From NCBI GenBank assembly GCA_030753015.1, contig JASMDC010000004.1, positions 32,001 to 96,000 of the forward strand: DNA of 64,000 bases, in the 5' to 3' direction. This document shows positions 54,267-63,102 of this stretch, one piece after another. Both the position numbers and the translations under genes were made by a program. Under the pieces are notes generated by a model. That model saw nothing but the letters and a program-made list of their open reading frames with translations, was not told where the DNA came from and did not search any database. Origin of the DNA: Candidatus Undinarchaeales archaeon. Lineage in GTDB: Archaea; SpSt-1190; JASMDC01. How positions within the stretch are numbered: position 1 is the first letter of the stretch; each line of letters begins with the position of its first letter.

Positions 54267-54856
54267 TCCTTCCCCCCCCCCTTTGTACCAAAGAGCCTTC
54301 TGACCTTCGAGGAGCCCTCTATCCAGTGGGGCAGCAGCGGGATCTTACCCTTGAGGAACATCCTGAGCCCGAGCTCCGTGTAGCCGAGCGCGCCGATGGG
54401 CCCCTTTCCGAAGAGGAGGTATCGGGTCATCATCTCGGGCTCGAAGATGCGTCCATAGCGGCGGACGGTCCCGGCGAACGCCCGATCGAAGATGGGCTTG
54501 GAGCTACCGAGCTTGATGCGGCCCGCATCCGATTCCTTGAGCGCGATCCTTCGCAGGGATTCGACGACGTCGGTGAACCGCACGTTCTGTGGACATCGCT
54601 CGTAGCACATCAGACATCCGGCACAGTTCCAGATGTCCTCGGAGGAGAGCACGTCCTCCCGCATCCCCAGCAGGACCTTCCGGATGATTCGGCGGGGATT
54701 GAATCCATCATCGAGCTCGGTGATGGGGCATGAGAGCGTGCACGAGCTGCACTGGAAGCAGGCCTTGATGTTCTCGCCCCCGGGCTCTCGGGCCACCTCG
54801 TGCTTGAATTCCGAATCAAGGAGAGCGATCTCGACTTTATTTTCATCCGCTGCCAT
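54263..54856 (-). CDS. hdrC: Heterodisulfide reductase subunit C
   Basis: Motifs CFQCSSCTLSCP and WNCAGCLMCYERCP. Confidence 0.95.
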   Translation of the reverse strand: MAADENKVEIALLDSEFKHEVAREPGGENIKACFQCSSCTLSCPITELDDGFNPRRIIRKVLLGMREDVLSSEDIWNCAGCLMCYERCPQNVRFTDVVESLRRIALKESDAGRIKLGSSKPIFDRAFAGTVRRYGRIFEPEMMTRYLLFGKGPIGALGYTELGLRMFLKGKIPLLPHWIEGSSKVRRLFGTKGGGKE

Positions 54857-55139
54857 GCGCGATTCCTCCAGAGCAGAGAGGGTCTTAAACCTTCCTTTTT
54901 CCATTTGGTCGGGGACGTACCTTCACGATATCCGATCCCTCCGGGACGTGCGTCGCGGCCGGGGATGATCCGTGTGGATATTCCCTATTTCCGATGGAGC
55001 TATTAACGATTGTTATCGCCATTGGGAGGGCATTTTTAAGGGTTGCTAAGATGCCCTCGCGTTTTTAATTAGAACCGGCATATCGGTTAACATTCCATGA
55101 GGCGATCCGGCGCATCCCGCCACCACAACCCCAGATCCC

Positions 55140-55160
55140 GGTGGGTATGTCCGTCCCACC
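55140..55160 (-). terminator. Hairpin just downstream of tatA
   Basis: GGTGGG-N9-CCCACC, 4 nt after the tatA stop. Confidence 0.35.
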
Positions 55161-55163
55161 ATC

Positions 55164-55340
55164 CTAATCTGTGCGAGGTTTGCCCTCTTCCGGATCGTCA
55201 TCACTGGAAACACCCTTCTTGAATTCGGACCGTGCCCTGCCAAGTGACCTGGCGAGCTCAGGTATCCTCTTCGCTCCGAAGAGGAGGACCGCTACCAGTA
55301 ATATGACCAGCCATTCCGAGAGACCGACAGAGAATACCAT
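55164..55340 (-). CDS. tatA: Twin-arginine translocase TatA (missed by the ORF track, 58 aa)
   Basis: The minus strand reads MVFSVGLSEWLVILLVAVLLFGAKRIPELARSLGRARSEFKKGVSSDDDPEEGKPRTD*. Confidence 0.92.
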   Translation of the reverse strand: MVFSVGLSEWLVILLVAVLLFGAKRIPELARSLGRARSEFKKGVSSDDDPEEGKPRTD

Positions 55341-55353
55341 GGTTTTTCACATC

Positions 55354-56685
55354 CTAAGGTAAGTTATCAAGAGAGTCCATGAGGAGAACGTCCACTTCCG
55401 ATCCCGCCTCGAGAGGCTCCCTTCCGGGAGGGATTACCGCAAGGCCGTGGGATCCCATCATCGAGAGCAGGCGCGACGAGCCATGGCGTCCCGCCGCCAT
55501 CCTTGCGATGTATTTTCCTTCGGACAAGCTGAGGGAGACAGCTATGATGCGGGTCTTCTTGGCCTCCCTCTTGAGGCCTGTCTCAAGGACCGCCTTTACA
55601 CTTGGCCGCTGGTACTGTTTCCTTCCACTCAGGCGTAGCACCATGGGGCGGCCGAACAGCTCGAAGGCGATCATGGCAGCGAGCGGATTGCCGGGGAGAC
55701 CCAGGACGGGGCTCGCGCCGATCCTACCGAATGCCACAGGCTTCCCGGGCTTCATGGATACCTTCCAGAAGATGAGCTCACCTATCTCGTCCAGAGTGCG
55801 GGTGACCAGATCGAACTTCCCCATGGAGACGCCGCCGGACGTGACGATCGCGTCCGCCTTCAGCCCTTCCTCAAGTCGGGACGTCAACTCATCCTGGTTA
55901 TCTCGGGCCGTAGGAAGGAGGATGGGAATCCCGCCCGCACGTGATACCTGGGACGCGATGAAGTACCGGTTCGCATCCCATATCTTGCCTGGGGAGAGCC
56001 TGAGACCCTCATCGAGGTCCTCGATCTCCCCTCCAGTTGAGATGATCGCGATCCGGGGTCTCCGGTGGACCGGGATGCGGCCAATCCCGATTGATGCCAG
56101 TATACCCACCTCCGGTGGGCGGACGACCGAGCCTTTAGTCACGGCGACCTCACCCGCGTGGAGGTTCTCCCCGCAGAGGGCGACGTGCTTCCCCTCCTTG
56201 GACTCATAGAGGATCTCAACTTGGTCCTCGCGGGGCCTAGTCCTCTCCACCATCACAACCGCATCGGCTCCAGCAGGGAGGAGTGCTCCGGTCATAATCC
56301 GTATCGCGTCCCCGGCCCCCACTTTAAGTGTGGACGCCGAGCCGGCCTCTAGCTCCCCCACCACTCTGAGGGTGGCAGGTGAATCCTCGCTCGCACCTCG
56401 CGTGTCCGACGCACGCACGGCGTAGCCGTCCATGGCTGCCCGGTCGAAAGGGGGTACGTTCATGGGGGAGACTATGTCCTCGGCAAGGACCCTGCTGAGA
56501 GCATCGAGGATCGGGACGTTCTCGATTCCCTCTACCACGTTGGTACAGGAGAATATGTGGGAGAGCGCCTCATCTATGGGAATGAGGCTCGGAGGGGCTG
56601 TCGATAGGAGAGGCATTCCCTCATCCCAAGGTGATGGGACGGCAACGACATTCTTCCTGGCACGTTCTCGTTCCATCCCTATCAC
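55354..56685 (-). CDS. moeA: Molybdopterin molybdotransferase MoeA
   Basis: Motifs PPFDRAAMDGYA, IMTGA.LP.GAD.V, TSGGVSMG and KPGKP...LPGNP. Confidence 0.95.
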   Translation of the reverse strand: MIGMERERARKNVVAVPSPWDEGMPLLSTAPPSLIPIDEALSHIFSCTNVVEGIENVPILDALSRVLAEDIVSPMNVPPFDRAAMDGYAVRASDTRGASEDSPATLRVVGELEAGSASTLKVGAGDAIRIMTGALLPAGADAVVMVERTRPREDQVEILYESKEGKHVALCGENLHAGEVAVTKGSVVRPPEVGILASIGIGRIPVHRRPRIAIISTGGEIEDLDEGLRLSPGKIWDANRYFIASQVSRAGGIPILLPTARDNQDELTSRLEEGLKADAIVTSGGVSMGKFDLVTRTLDEIGELIFWKVSMKPGKPVAFGRIGASPVLGLPGNPLAAMIAFELFGRPMVLRLSGRKQYQRPSVKAVLETGLKREAKKTRIIAVSLSLSEGKYIARMAAGRHGSSRLLSMMGSHGLAVIPPGREPLEAGSEVDVLLMDSLDNLP

Positions 56686-56701
56686 TCCTGGAACATATCA
56701 C

Positions 56702-57340
56702 TTACACATCTTCGGTCCCGAGCCGGTCCCGTTCGCTAAGGATGAAGCTCTCCATGGCTCCCGCCACCTCCAGGTAGAGGGGATTGGTAGTGGAGCTGCG
56801 GATCTTGTCGCAGAGCTGTGTGATCCACTTGGCAAGATGCTTGTCGATGAACTTCCTTTGAATATCCCGCGTTCGGCGGACTGCGTCGTCATCCCTCTTC
56901 CCTAGCTCTTCAGCCTCTCTACGGCAAAGCAGTTCCATGAATCCCAGCTCCACCCCTATGTGATCGTGTGGCTCGGGAAAGCTGGTGGGGAGTGCCACTC
57001 CTGTTTCCATGTACATGCTCTCAACAGCATGTGTGGACTTCCCCAAGACCTGGCCCCCGGTCTCCCCCTCTGTATCGAGATAGACCGATTCGAATGGTTT
57101 CACGTACAGGGTACCCGGGACTATGAAGAGGGTGTTGAACTCGATTACGGTGTCCTCCAACACGGGACGAGGAACGTCTTTCTCGCCTTTTACGCGTGGG
57201 GCCAGTTCGCGGAGTACTCTCTTCTCAAGGATGGCGCTCAGCAAGTTGTCCGTCGGTTCCAGGAGGACCGACCGGGAGAGCAACGCGTAGATGCTCTCCC
57301 GGGCACTCGCCTCGTCCTGTTTGGTCCTGGGGCGAGACAC
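56702..57340 (-). CDS. TorD/DmsD-family molybdoenzyme chaperone
   Basis: Motifs PFESVY, EPHDHIGVELGFM and FIDKHLAKW. The likely start is GTG at 57340. Confidence 0.9.
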   Translation of the reverse strand: MSRPRTKQDEASARESIYALLSRSVLLEPTDNLLSAILEKRVLRELAPRVKGEKDVPRPVLEDTVIEFNTLFIVPGTLYVKPFESVYLDTEGETGGQVLGKSTHAVESMYMETGVALPTSFPEPHDHIGVELGFMELLCRREAEELGKRDDDAVRRTRDIQRKFIDKHLAKWITQLCDKIRSSTTNPLYLEVAGAMESFILSERDRLGTEDV

Positions 57341-57347
57341 GAATGTC

Positions 57348-60215
57348 TCACCCGATGCGCTTGATCTCGACTGCAGTGTCGTAGAAGGACGAACTCCCGC
57401 CGATGGGATCCTGGAGTCCGATGTCCTTGAGCACTGGATCAAGGCGCATGATCGGATTCCCCGACACACCAGCGCCCCTCCATGTCTGGGCCTCGGTCTT
57501 CGTCCCGTCGACATCGGTCGCCTTGGCGCCGTACTCCCAGTGGCCGTAGGAGTGGCAGATGTTCACCACACCGGGCCGGACGCCCTCTATGACTAGTGCC
57601 TTGCCCTCGACACCCTTGCTGGAGCTTGCGGACGTTATACGAATGCGGTCGCCTGTCTTGATACTCCTTGCCGCGGCGTCCTTCGAGTTGATCTCAATGG
57701 AGTTCTCGGGCTCGAGCTCCATGAGCCACTCGTTCTGGGCGGTCCGCGACTGGGTGTGGTACGACTTCTTGTAGGTGTTCAGGACGAGGGGGAAGCCCGA
57801 GTTGTCGATGGGTTTCCACATGCAATCCTTGATGGCCTCATACATAGGCAGACCGTCGTAGGTCTTGCCGGTCATGGAGTCGATGGTTGTCGCGAGCTTC
57901 TCCGAGTAGAAGAGGCAGACGCCCTTCCAGGTATGCGCGTGCACGTCGTCCTTGTAGCGCTTGGAGTGGTCCTCGAACCGCCCGCCACGGGCGAGGATGT
58001 AGTCGACCTTCTCCTGCTCCGTTGAGCCGGGGACACCGTCACCCTCGCCGGCGATGTTGGCGATACACTTCATGTACCAGTCCACCGCCGAGTTGAGCGG
58101 CATCCCGGGGCCGAATCCGTCGTCGCCGTAGCCGGGAAGCCCCATCTTCTTGGCGATATCGATGATGACGTCCTCCTCCAGGCGCGTCTCCGGGTACACG
58201 GGATCGACGAGCGGGGTACGGACCTGGCTTACCGTGGTGAGGATGGCAGGCGCCGTGTGCGTCGTTGAGTAGCGCTCCAGGTAGTGGCGGTCGGGAAGTA
58301 TGTAGTCACAGAGCGCGTCCGTCTCCCCCATGATGGTTGTGAAGGCTATGTGAAGCGGCAGCTTCTTGGAGTCCTTCAGCATCTCGATGTAGACCGATCC
58401 CGCCGGTGTCGAGTAGACCGTGTTCCCCATGTGGTTGATGAGGCACTTCACGGGATAAGGGTAGTTGTCCTTGATGCTCGGTACGATCTCCTGCCAGTTC
58501 CCGTGGAGGGCCAGGGGGAACCACGGCCGCTTTGCCGGGTAACCGTTGGTCTTGAACTCCGTGGAGCTCTCGTAGTTCTTCTTCACCCGCGTCAGTGGGA
58601 TGCCGGAGGCCTTGACCTTCCCGGGATGGAGCTCCTTTGCGAGGTTGTAGTCGTTGCCCTTCTTCCCGCCGGTCTCGTGCCAGTGGCCTCCGCCCTGGGC
58701 CATGCCGCCCTTGAAGCCCACGTTGCCGATGAGCCAGTTGAGCTCGGCGATGGCCATGGCGTTGTAGGTGCCGTTTGTGTGCTGCACCGTGCCGCGGTAG
58801 AAGTCCGCGCACGCCTTCCTCCCGTGGGATGTGAACTCGTCCGCGGCAGTGGTGATGATGTTGGCGTCCAGCCCGCAGATGTCAGCGTACTCCTGGATCG
58901 ATTTCTCCATCACCCGCTCCTTCAGGAGCTGGAACACGGTCTTTGTCTGGATGCCGTTGACATCGACTGCGTTGCCGTCGGGAGTGAAGAGGTCACCCGC
59001 GTCGGCCTTGTCGGCGATGGCGGGTGCCCCACCTGAGAGAACCACCAGTTGCTCGTCCGTGCCCTCGGGAAGGCCTGCGGCGTCGGCACGCAAGTACTTC
59101 ATGGTGTCCAGTCGCACGAGCCAGGTGGCGTCCGACCAGTTGGGGATGCCGTCGGCAGAGGCTGCGTCCTTGCTCGGGTTCTCGAGGTACTTCGTGTCGA
59201 AACGCCAGTTCTCGAAGATCCAGCGCATCATGCCCAGGGCGAACGCGGCGTCAGTGCCCATCTTGATGGGAATCCACTGGTTCGCCTTCGCTGCGGACTT
59301 GGAGTACCGCGGGTCGACGATGACCAGCTTACCGCCCCGCACTCTCATCTGGACGAGCTTGCGCGCCAGCGCCTGCATGGGGAAGTTCGCCTCGATAGGG
59401 GAAGAGCCGAACCAGATGATGTACTCGGAGTTCTCGATATCGGGCTTGAGATGGTTCTTGGGCTTGCCGCCGAGGCCTCCCTTGTGGAGGAGGAGCTCGT
59501 AGCCCACGTGGTGACTGGTCTCGCAGATGCTCGTGTGGTCGATCCGCTTGTTGGTCGTCCCAAAGGAGCTTCCGAAGAAGCGGTCCGTGAACTCCTTGCG
59601 CCCGTGCTCGGAGCGTCCCACGCTGTAGACGAGCTGGTTGGCCTTGGGACCCAGCTCGGGGGCGTTGGCGTCGATGGGGGTGTCAAGGTCGCGGATTGCC
59701 GCAAGCCCGTCCACTTGACCCTCGCCGAACAGGTCCCCGCCGTTTATGATCTCGTCGATCGCCTGGTCCCAGGAGATCCGCTTCCACTTGCCCGAGCCCC
59801 GGGGGCCCGCGCGCTTCAGCGGGTACTTCACCCGAAGGGGATCGTAGAGCTCCTTGAAGCCTGCCTGTCCCTTCACGCAGGCGGTCCCCGCGATCTTCAT
59901 GGCTTCGGACGGGTCCGTGGCGTAGGGGAGATGGGGCTCCTTCGTGCGCGGGTCGTAGGGGTTGCCGTCGATCTTGATGATCCGGCCGTCCTTGATCCGT
60001 GCACGAATAGCGCACCCGCTGTGGCACATGAGGCAGGTGCTGTACTTGACCTGCACTCCGGCGTCCATTTCAGTGTTCCCTTCCGGCCCTACCTTGTAGG
60101 CCGTTGCGGGGACGAAAAGCTTATCCCGTCCCTCGAGGGCTAGCACGGCCGCTGCCGCAGCCCCCACCTTGATCATACCGAACATGTTGCGCCGGGATAT
60201 CTTCTTGCTATTCAT
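57348..60215 (-). CDS. ttrA: Tetrathionate reductase A-like molybdopterin oxidoreductase (TtrA/SrdA clade), Tat-exported
   Basis: Tat motif SRRNMF; CLMCHSGC...C; DLDTPID...ELGPKANQL; HTSICE; HSYGHWEYG. Confidence 0.8.
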   Translation of the reverse strand: MNSKKISRRNMFGMIKVGAAAAAVLALEGRDKLFVPATAYKVGPEGNTEMDAGVQVKYSTCLMCHSGCAIRARIKDGRIIKIDGNPYDPRTKEPHLPYATDPSEAMKIAGTACVKGQAGFKELYDPLRVKYPLKRAGPRGSGKWKRISWDQAIDEIINGGDLFGEGQVDGLAAIRDLDTPIDANAPELGPKANQLVYSVGRSEHGRKEFTDRFFGSSFGTTNKRIDHTSICETSHHVGYELLLHKGGLGGKPKNHLKPDIENSEYIIWFGSSPIEANFPMQALARKLVQMRVRGGKLVIVDPRYSKSAAKANQWIPIKMGTDAAFALGMMRWIFENWRFDTKYLENPSKDAASADGIPNWSDATWLVRLDTMKYLRADAAGLPEGTDEQLVVLSGGAPAIADKADAGDLFTPDGNAVDVNGIQTKTVFQLLKERVMEKSIQEYADICGLDANIITTAADEFTSHGRKACADFYRGTVQHTNGTYNAMAIAELNWLIGNVGFKGGMAQGGGHWHETGGKKGNDYNLAKELHPGKVKASGIPLTRVKKNYESSTEFKTNGYPAKRPWFPLALHGNWQEIVPSIKDNYPYPVKCLINHMGNTVYSTPAGSVYIEMLKDSKKLPLHIAFTTIMGETDALCDYILPDRHYLERYSTTHTAPAILTTVSQVRTPLVDPVYPETRLEEDVIIDIAKKMGLPGYGDDGFGPGMPLNSAVDWYMKCIANIAGEGDGVPGSTEQEKVDYILARGGRFEDHSKRYKDDVHAHTWKGVCLFYSEKLATTIDSMTGKTYDGLPMYEAIKDCMWKPIDNSGFPLVLNTYKKSYHTQSRTAQNEWLMELEPENSIEINSKDAAARSIKTGDRIRITSASSSKGVEGKALVIEGVRPGVVNICHSYGHWEYGAKATDVDGTKTEAQTWRGAGVSGNPIMRLDPVLKDIGLQDPIGGSSSFYDTAVEIKRIG

Positions 60216-60231
60216 GATAATCACCTTCCTC

Positions 60232-61257
60232 CTAGGACAGGGGAATCGTCTGACCCCCAATTATCAGAACGTACTTCATAGCGAACACCCCGATGAGCAC
60301 GAGGAGCGACACCAGCTGGTAGGTGGCGACGGACTCTCCGCCGATGAAGACCAGAATGGCCAGAGGGATGAGCAAACCCACTACGACCTGTCCGCCGATG
60401 TACAGGGTGCTCATGCTCCCCTCGGTGAGGAGCTTGGCCGTGGCCTGGCCCTCGGCGCCCGAGTACTTCAGGACGATCATGTCCGAGAACACCAGGATCA
60501 GTTCGAAGGCAAGGAAGATCGCAAGAATCGTTCCCAGGAGCGAGATGACCTCGCCCTTCGTGGGACAGTAGTCGTCCTCAGACTCCGCCTTCACCACCTT
60601 CGCAGCGGGCTTCGGCTTGGCCTCCTCCTTGGACTCCTTGACTGTCTTCTCTTCCTTCTCCTCCTCTTCGGCCTCGTCATCCTCTTCTTCGTCAGCCTTC
60701 TTCGGGCAGCTGTGCGCGGGACCAATTATCCCGTGGACGAGGATGATGAGGGCGGCCGATGACGTGATCGCCGACACCAGGAACACCAGGGGAAGTGTGG
60801 GGCTATGCCAGAGCGGACGCTGTCGGATCACACCGAAGAGAACACCCTTGTACATCTCGATGGCAACGGCGGAGAGGAAGCCGAGCTTGCCGGCGAATTG
60901 GACGAGATCGTTCTTCCCGGTATTGAGGGCATAGAAGTAGAGCGCGCTCATCAGTGTGAAGAGAGATCCGATGTACACGTCCCAGGTCATGGGAGAGGTC
61001 ACGTTCACCCTGAAGAACAGGGTTATGAAGCGCTCAGGGCGCCCCATCTCTGCGATGATGAAGAGGGGACCGACCATGGCGAAGATCAGCGCCAGGAGGG
61101 CTGCCGTCTTCGCAATGGGCTTGAGCCGGCGTATACCGAACACCGGACCCAGGGTGGCGAGCATGAAGGAACCCGCCCCGAGCCCCAGAAGGGTCGAGTA
61201 GATCACGACGAGGTTCCCCCAGAAGAGCTCAGTGACGACCGTGTGGAAGATCGCCAT
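60232..61257 (-). CDS. ttrC: NrfD/PsrC/TtrC membrane anchor
   Basis: Motifs WGNLVVIY, EMGRPERF, TSPM.W and RPLWHSP.LP..FLVSA. Confidence 0.85.
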   Translation of the reverse strand: MAIFHTVVTELFWGNLVVIYSTLLGLGAGSFMLATLGPVFGIRRLKPIAKTAALLALIFAMVGPLFIIAEMGRPERFITLFFRVNVTSPMTWDVYIGSLFTLMSALYFYALNTGKNDLVQFAGKLGFLSAVAIEMYKGVLFGVIRQRPLWHSPTLPLVFLVSAITSSAALIILVHGIIGPAHSCPKKADEEEDDEAEEEEKEEKTVKESKEEAKPKPAAKVVKAESEDDYCPTKGEVISLLGTILAIFLAFELILVFSDMIVLKYSGAEGQATAKLLTEGSMSTLYIGGQVVVGLLIPLAILVFIGGESVATYQLVSLLVLIGVFAMKYVLIIGGQTIPLS

Positions 61258-61258
61258 G

Positions 61259-61954
61259 CTAGAAACCCCCTTCGTATGACTCTTCCTCAATTCTGCCCAT
61301 GATCGTTCCCTCCGGATAGATGTAGAACACGTGGGGATCGGTCCCGAGCTCGGGCTTCAGCACGATGGTCGGGTTCTGGCTGATGAGCTTGAAGGCCTCG
61401 CTATCGGGATCGGTTAGGTCGCCGAAGACGCGTGCCCTTCCCGTGCAGTTGTCTACACAGACGGGCTTCAGGCCCTTATCAACCCGGTGGGAGCAGAACG
61501 TGCACTTGTTCGCCACGCCATCGATCGGGTTGCGGAAGCGGGCGTCGTAGGGGCAGGCGACGATGCAGTAGCCGCACCCGACACAGATGTCGTAATCGAT
61601 GAGCACGATGCCGTCGTCCCTCTTGTGGGCTGCCTTCGTGGGGCAGACGGAGACGCATGGGGGGTCCTCACAGTGGTTGCACAGGCGGGGAAGGAACTGC
61701 CGTGAGACGTTCGGGTACTTGCCTTGCTCCACATCCTTCACCCATGCGCGCCATTTACCCTTGGGGACCTCGTACTCGCTCTTGCACGCTATTGTGCAGC
61801 TGTGGCACCCGGTGCATTTGCGCAGGTCGATGACCATGCCGTAACGCGGTCCGGGGTGTGTGGGATGTCCCGCCAGCGACGATATAGGCACCATCGCTGC
61901 CGCGGCGGCGGTTGCGGCGACCGCCTTTACTACGTTCCGTCTCTTTTCGTCCAA
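61259..61954 (-). CDS. ttrB: TtrB/NrfC-type 4x[4Fe-4S] subunit with Tat signal
   Basis: KRRNVVK signal; CTGCHSCTIAC, CNHCEDPPCVSVCP, CVGCGYCIVACP and CTFC...CVDNC. Confidence 0.9.
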   Translation of the reverse strand: MDEKRRNVVKAVAATAAAAAMVPISSLAGHPTHPGPRYGMVIDLRKCTGCHSCTIACKSEYEVPKGKWRAWVKDVEQGKYPNVSRQFLPRLCNHCEDPPCVSVCPTKAAHKRDDGIVLIDYDICVGCGYCIVACPYDARFRNPIDGVANKCTFCSHRVDKGLKPVCVDNCTGRARVFGDLTDPDSEAFKLISQNPTIVLKPELGTDPHVFYIYPEGTIMGRIEEESYEGGF

Positions 61955-62146
61955 GCATATCCCTCCAATAACACGGTGATAGCGCCGGGGAGGTGCCCCG
62001 GTTTTTTAAAAGTTATCATCGAAACTTTGCATTTTAAAGATTATTCCGATATAAGTTTCAAAATAGAAACTCTCTCTTCGATTGAACGTTTATTTTGTCC
62101 TATCTATACCCATTATATCCTTCAGTTCATAGGTTTCAGACCATAA

Positions 62147-62366
62147 TTATAACAGGGGGATAATCTGCCCTCATATCACGATCATGTACTTCATCGTAAA
62201 GACCTCGACGAGGACGAGAAATGACGCGAGCTGGAATACAGGAACGGGCTTCTCTCCACCAAGGAACGCGAGGATGGCGAGCGGGATGATCGATCCCAGA
62301 ACGATATTGATCCAGATGAACTGGGTGCTCATGGCGCCCTCCGTGAGGAGTTTTACGGTTTCATCC
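62147..62366 (-). pseudogene. 3' remnant of a second nrfD/ttrC paralog
   Basis: Reads ETVKLLTEGAMSTQFIWINIVLGSIIPLAILAFLGGEKPVPVFQLASFLVLVEVFTMKYMIVI*GQIIPLL*, aligning to the TtrC C-terminus ATAKLLTEGSMSTLY...IPLAILVFIGGE...MKYVLIIGGQTIPLS. It has an internal TGA at 62171-62173 and no 5' part. Confidence 0.85.
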
Positions 62367-62407
62367 CCATTATCTGGGCGGGGCCATGGCCACTTCTACC
62401 ACACGTC

Positions 62408-63100
62408 CTACCTTATCTGGCACGATGCCACATATCCCCCCACGACCTCCTTCATGACCCGCAGCTCATCCTCGCCGGGGCTCCTCGCGTCCATGAGGTC
62501 CGGATCGAGGAGCTTCGATGAAGGGCGGAATCCCTGGAGGAAGAATCGTCGGGCCCCGCGGACCATGGCCCCCACTTCCATGAGGTCCCCCTCCTTGAGC
62601 TGGGACCCGACGACGGTGGTCCTGAACTCGTGGTCGATCCCCGAATCGATGATCGTGGCGATGCTTCGAAGGACCCGGTCCTTGTCGATCCTTTTCCGGA
62701 CGATCGATCCGTACCTGTCCAGGGGCCCTTTCACGTCCATGGCGACATAGTCGACGAGCCCGGAGCTTATCACCCTCGCGAGCCTGTCCGGGAAGCTGCC
62801 GTTGGTGTCCAGCTTAACGAGATAGCCGAGCCTCTTGACCTTGTCGAGGAAGTCGTCGAGATCACGGTGTAGGAGGGGCTCGCCGCCCGTGACGGTGACG
62901 GCGTCGAGCTTCCCTCTTCGCTCTCCCAGGAAGGACAGGACTTCCGCTTCCGGGATGGGAGCGTGGAACCGTTCCGGGTCCACGAGCTCGGGATTGTGGC
63001 AATAACCGCATCTCAGATTGCACCCCTGGGTGAAAACGACGGCCGAGAGCTTGCCAGGGTACTCTATCAGCGAGAACCTCTGGAGGCCGGCGATCTTCAT
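62408..63100 (-). CDS. nrdG: Anaerobic ribonucleotide reductase activating radical SAM enzyme
   Basis: Motifs SLIEYPG, GCNLRCGYCHNP, TGGEP, KLDTNG and EFRTT; adjacent to nrdD. Confidence 0.93.
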   Translation of the reverse strand: MKIAGLQRFSLIEYPGKLSAVVFTQGCNLRCGYCHNPELVDPERFHAPIPEAEVLSFLGERRGKLDAVTVTGGEPLLHRDLDDFLDKVKRLGYLVKLDTNGSFPDRLARVISSGLVDYVAMDVKGPLDRYGSIVRKRIDKDRVLRSIATIIDSGIDHEFRTTVVGSQLKEGDLMEVGAMVRGARRFFLQGFRPSSKLLDPDLMDARSPGEDELRVMKEVVGGYVASCQIR

Positions 63101-63102
63101 GG

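Noticed and set aside
47116-60215. Selenocysteine (in-frame TGA) in HdrA, MvhD or the molybdoenzyme
   Set aside because: All ORFs are uninterrupted with Cys at the ligand positions, and the TGA stops are followed directly by the next gene.
62171-62173. TGA-to-Gly recoding suggested by TGA at a conserved Gly
   Set aside because: Many intact genes here end in TGA (preA, codA, hdrA, flxA), and the fragment lacks its 5' part, so a nonsense mutation is simpler.
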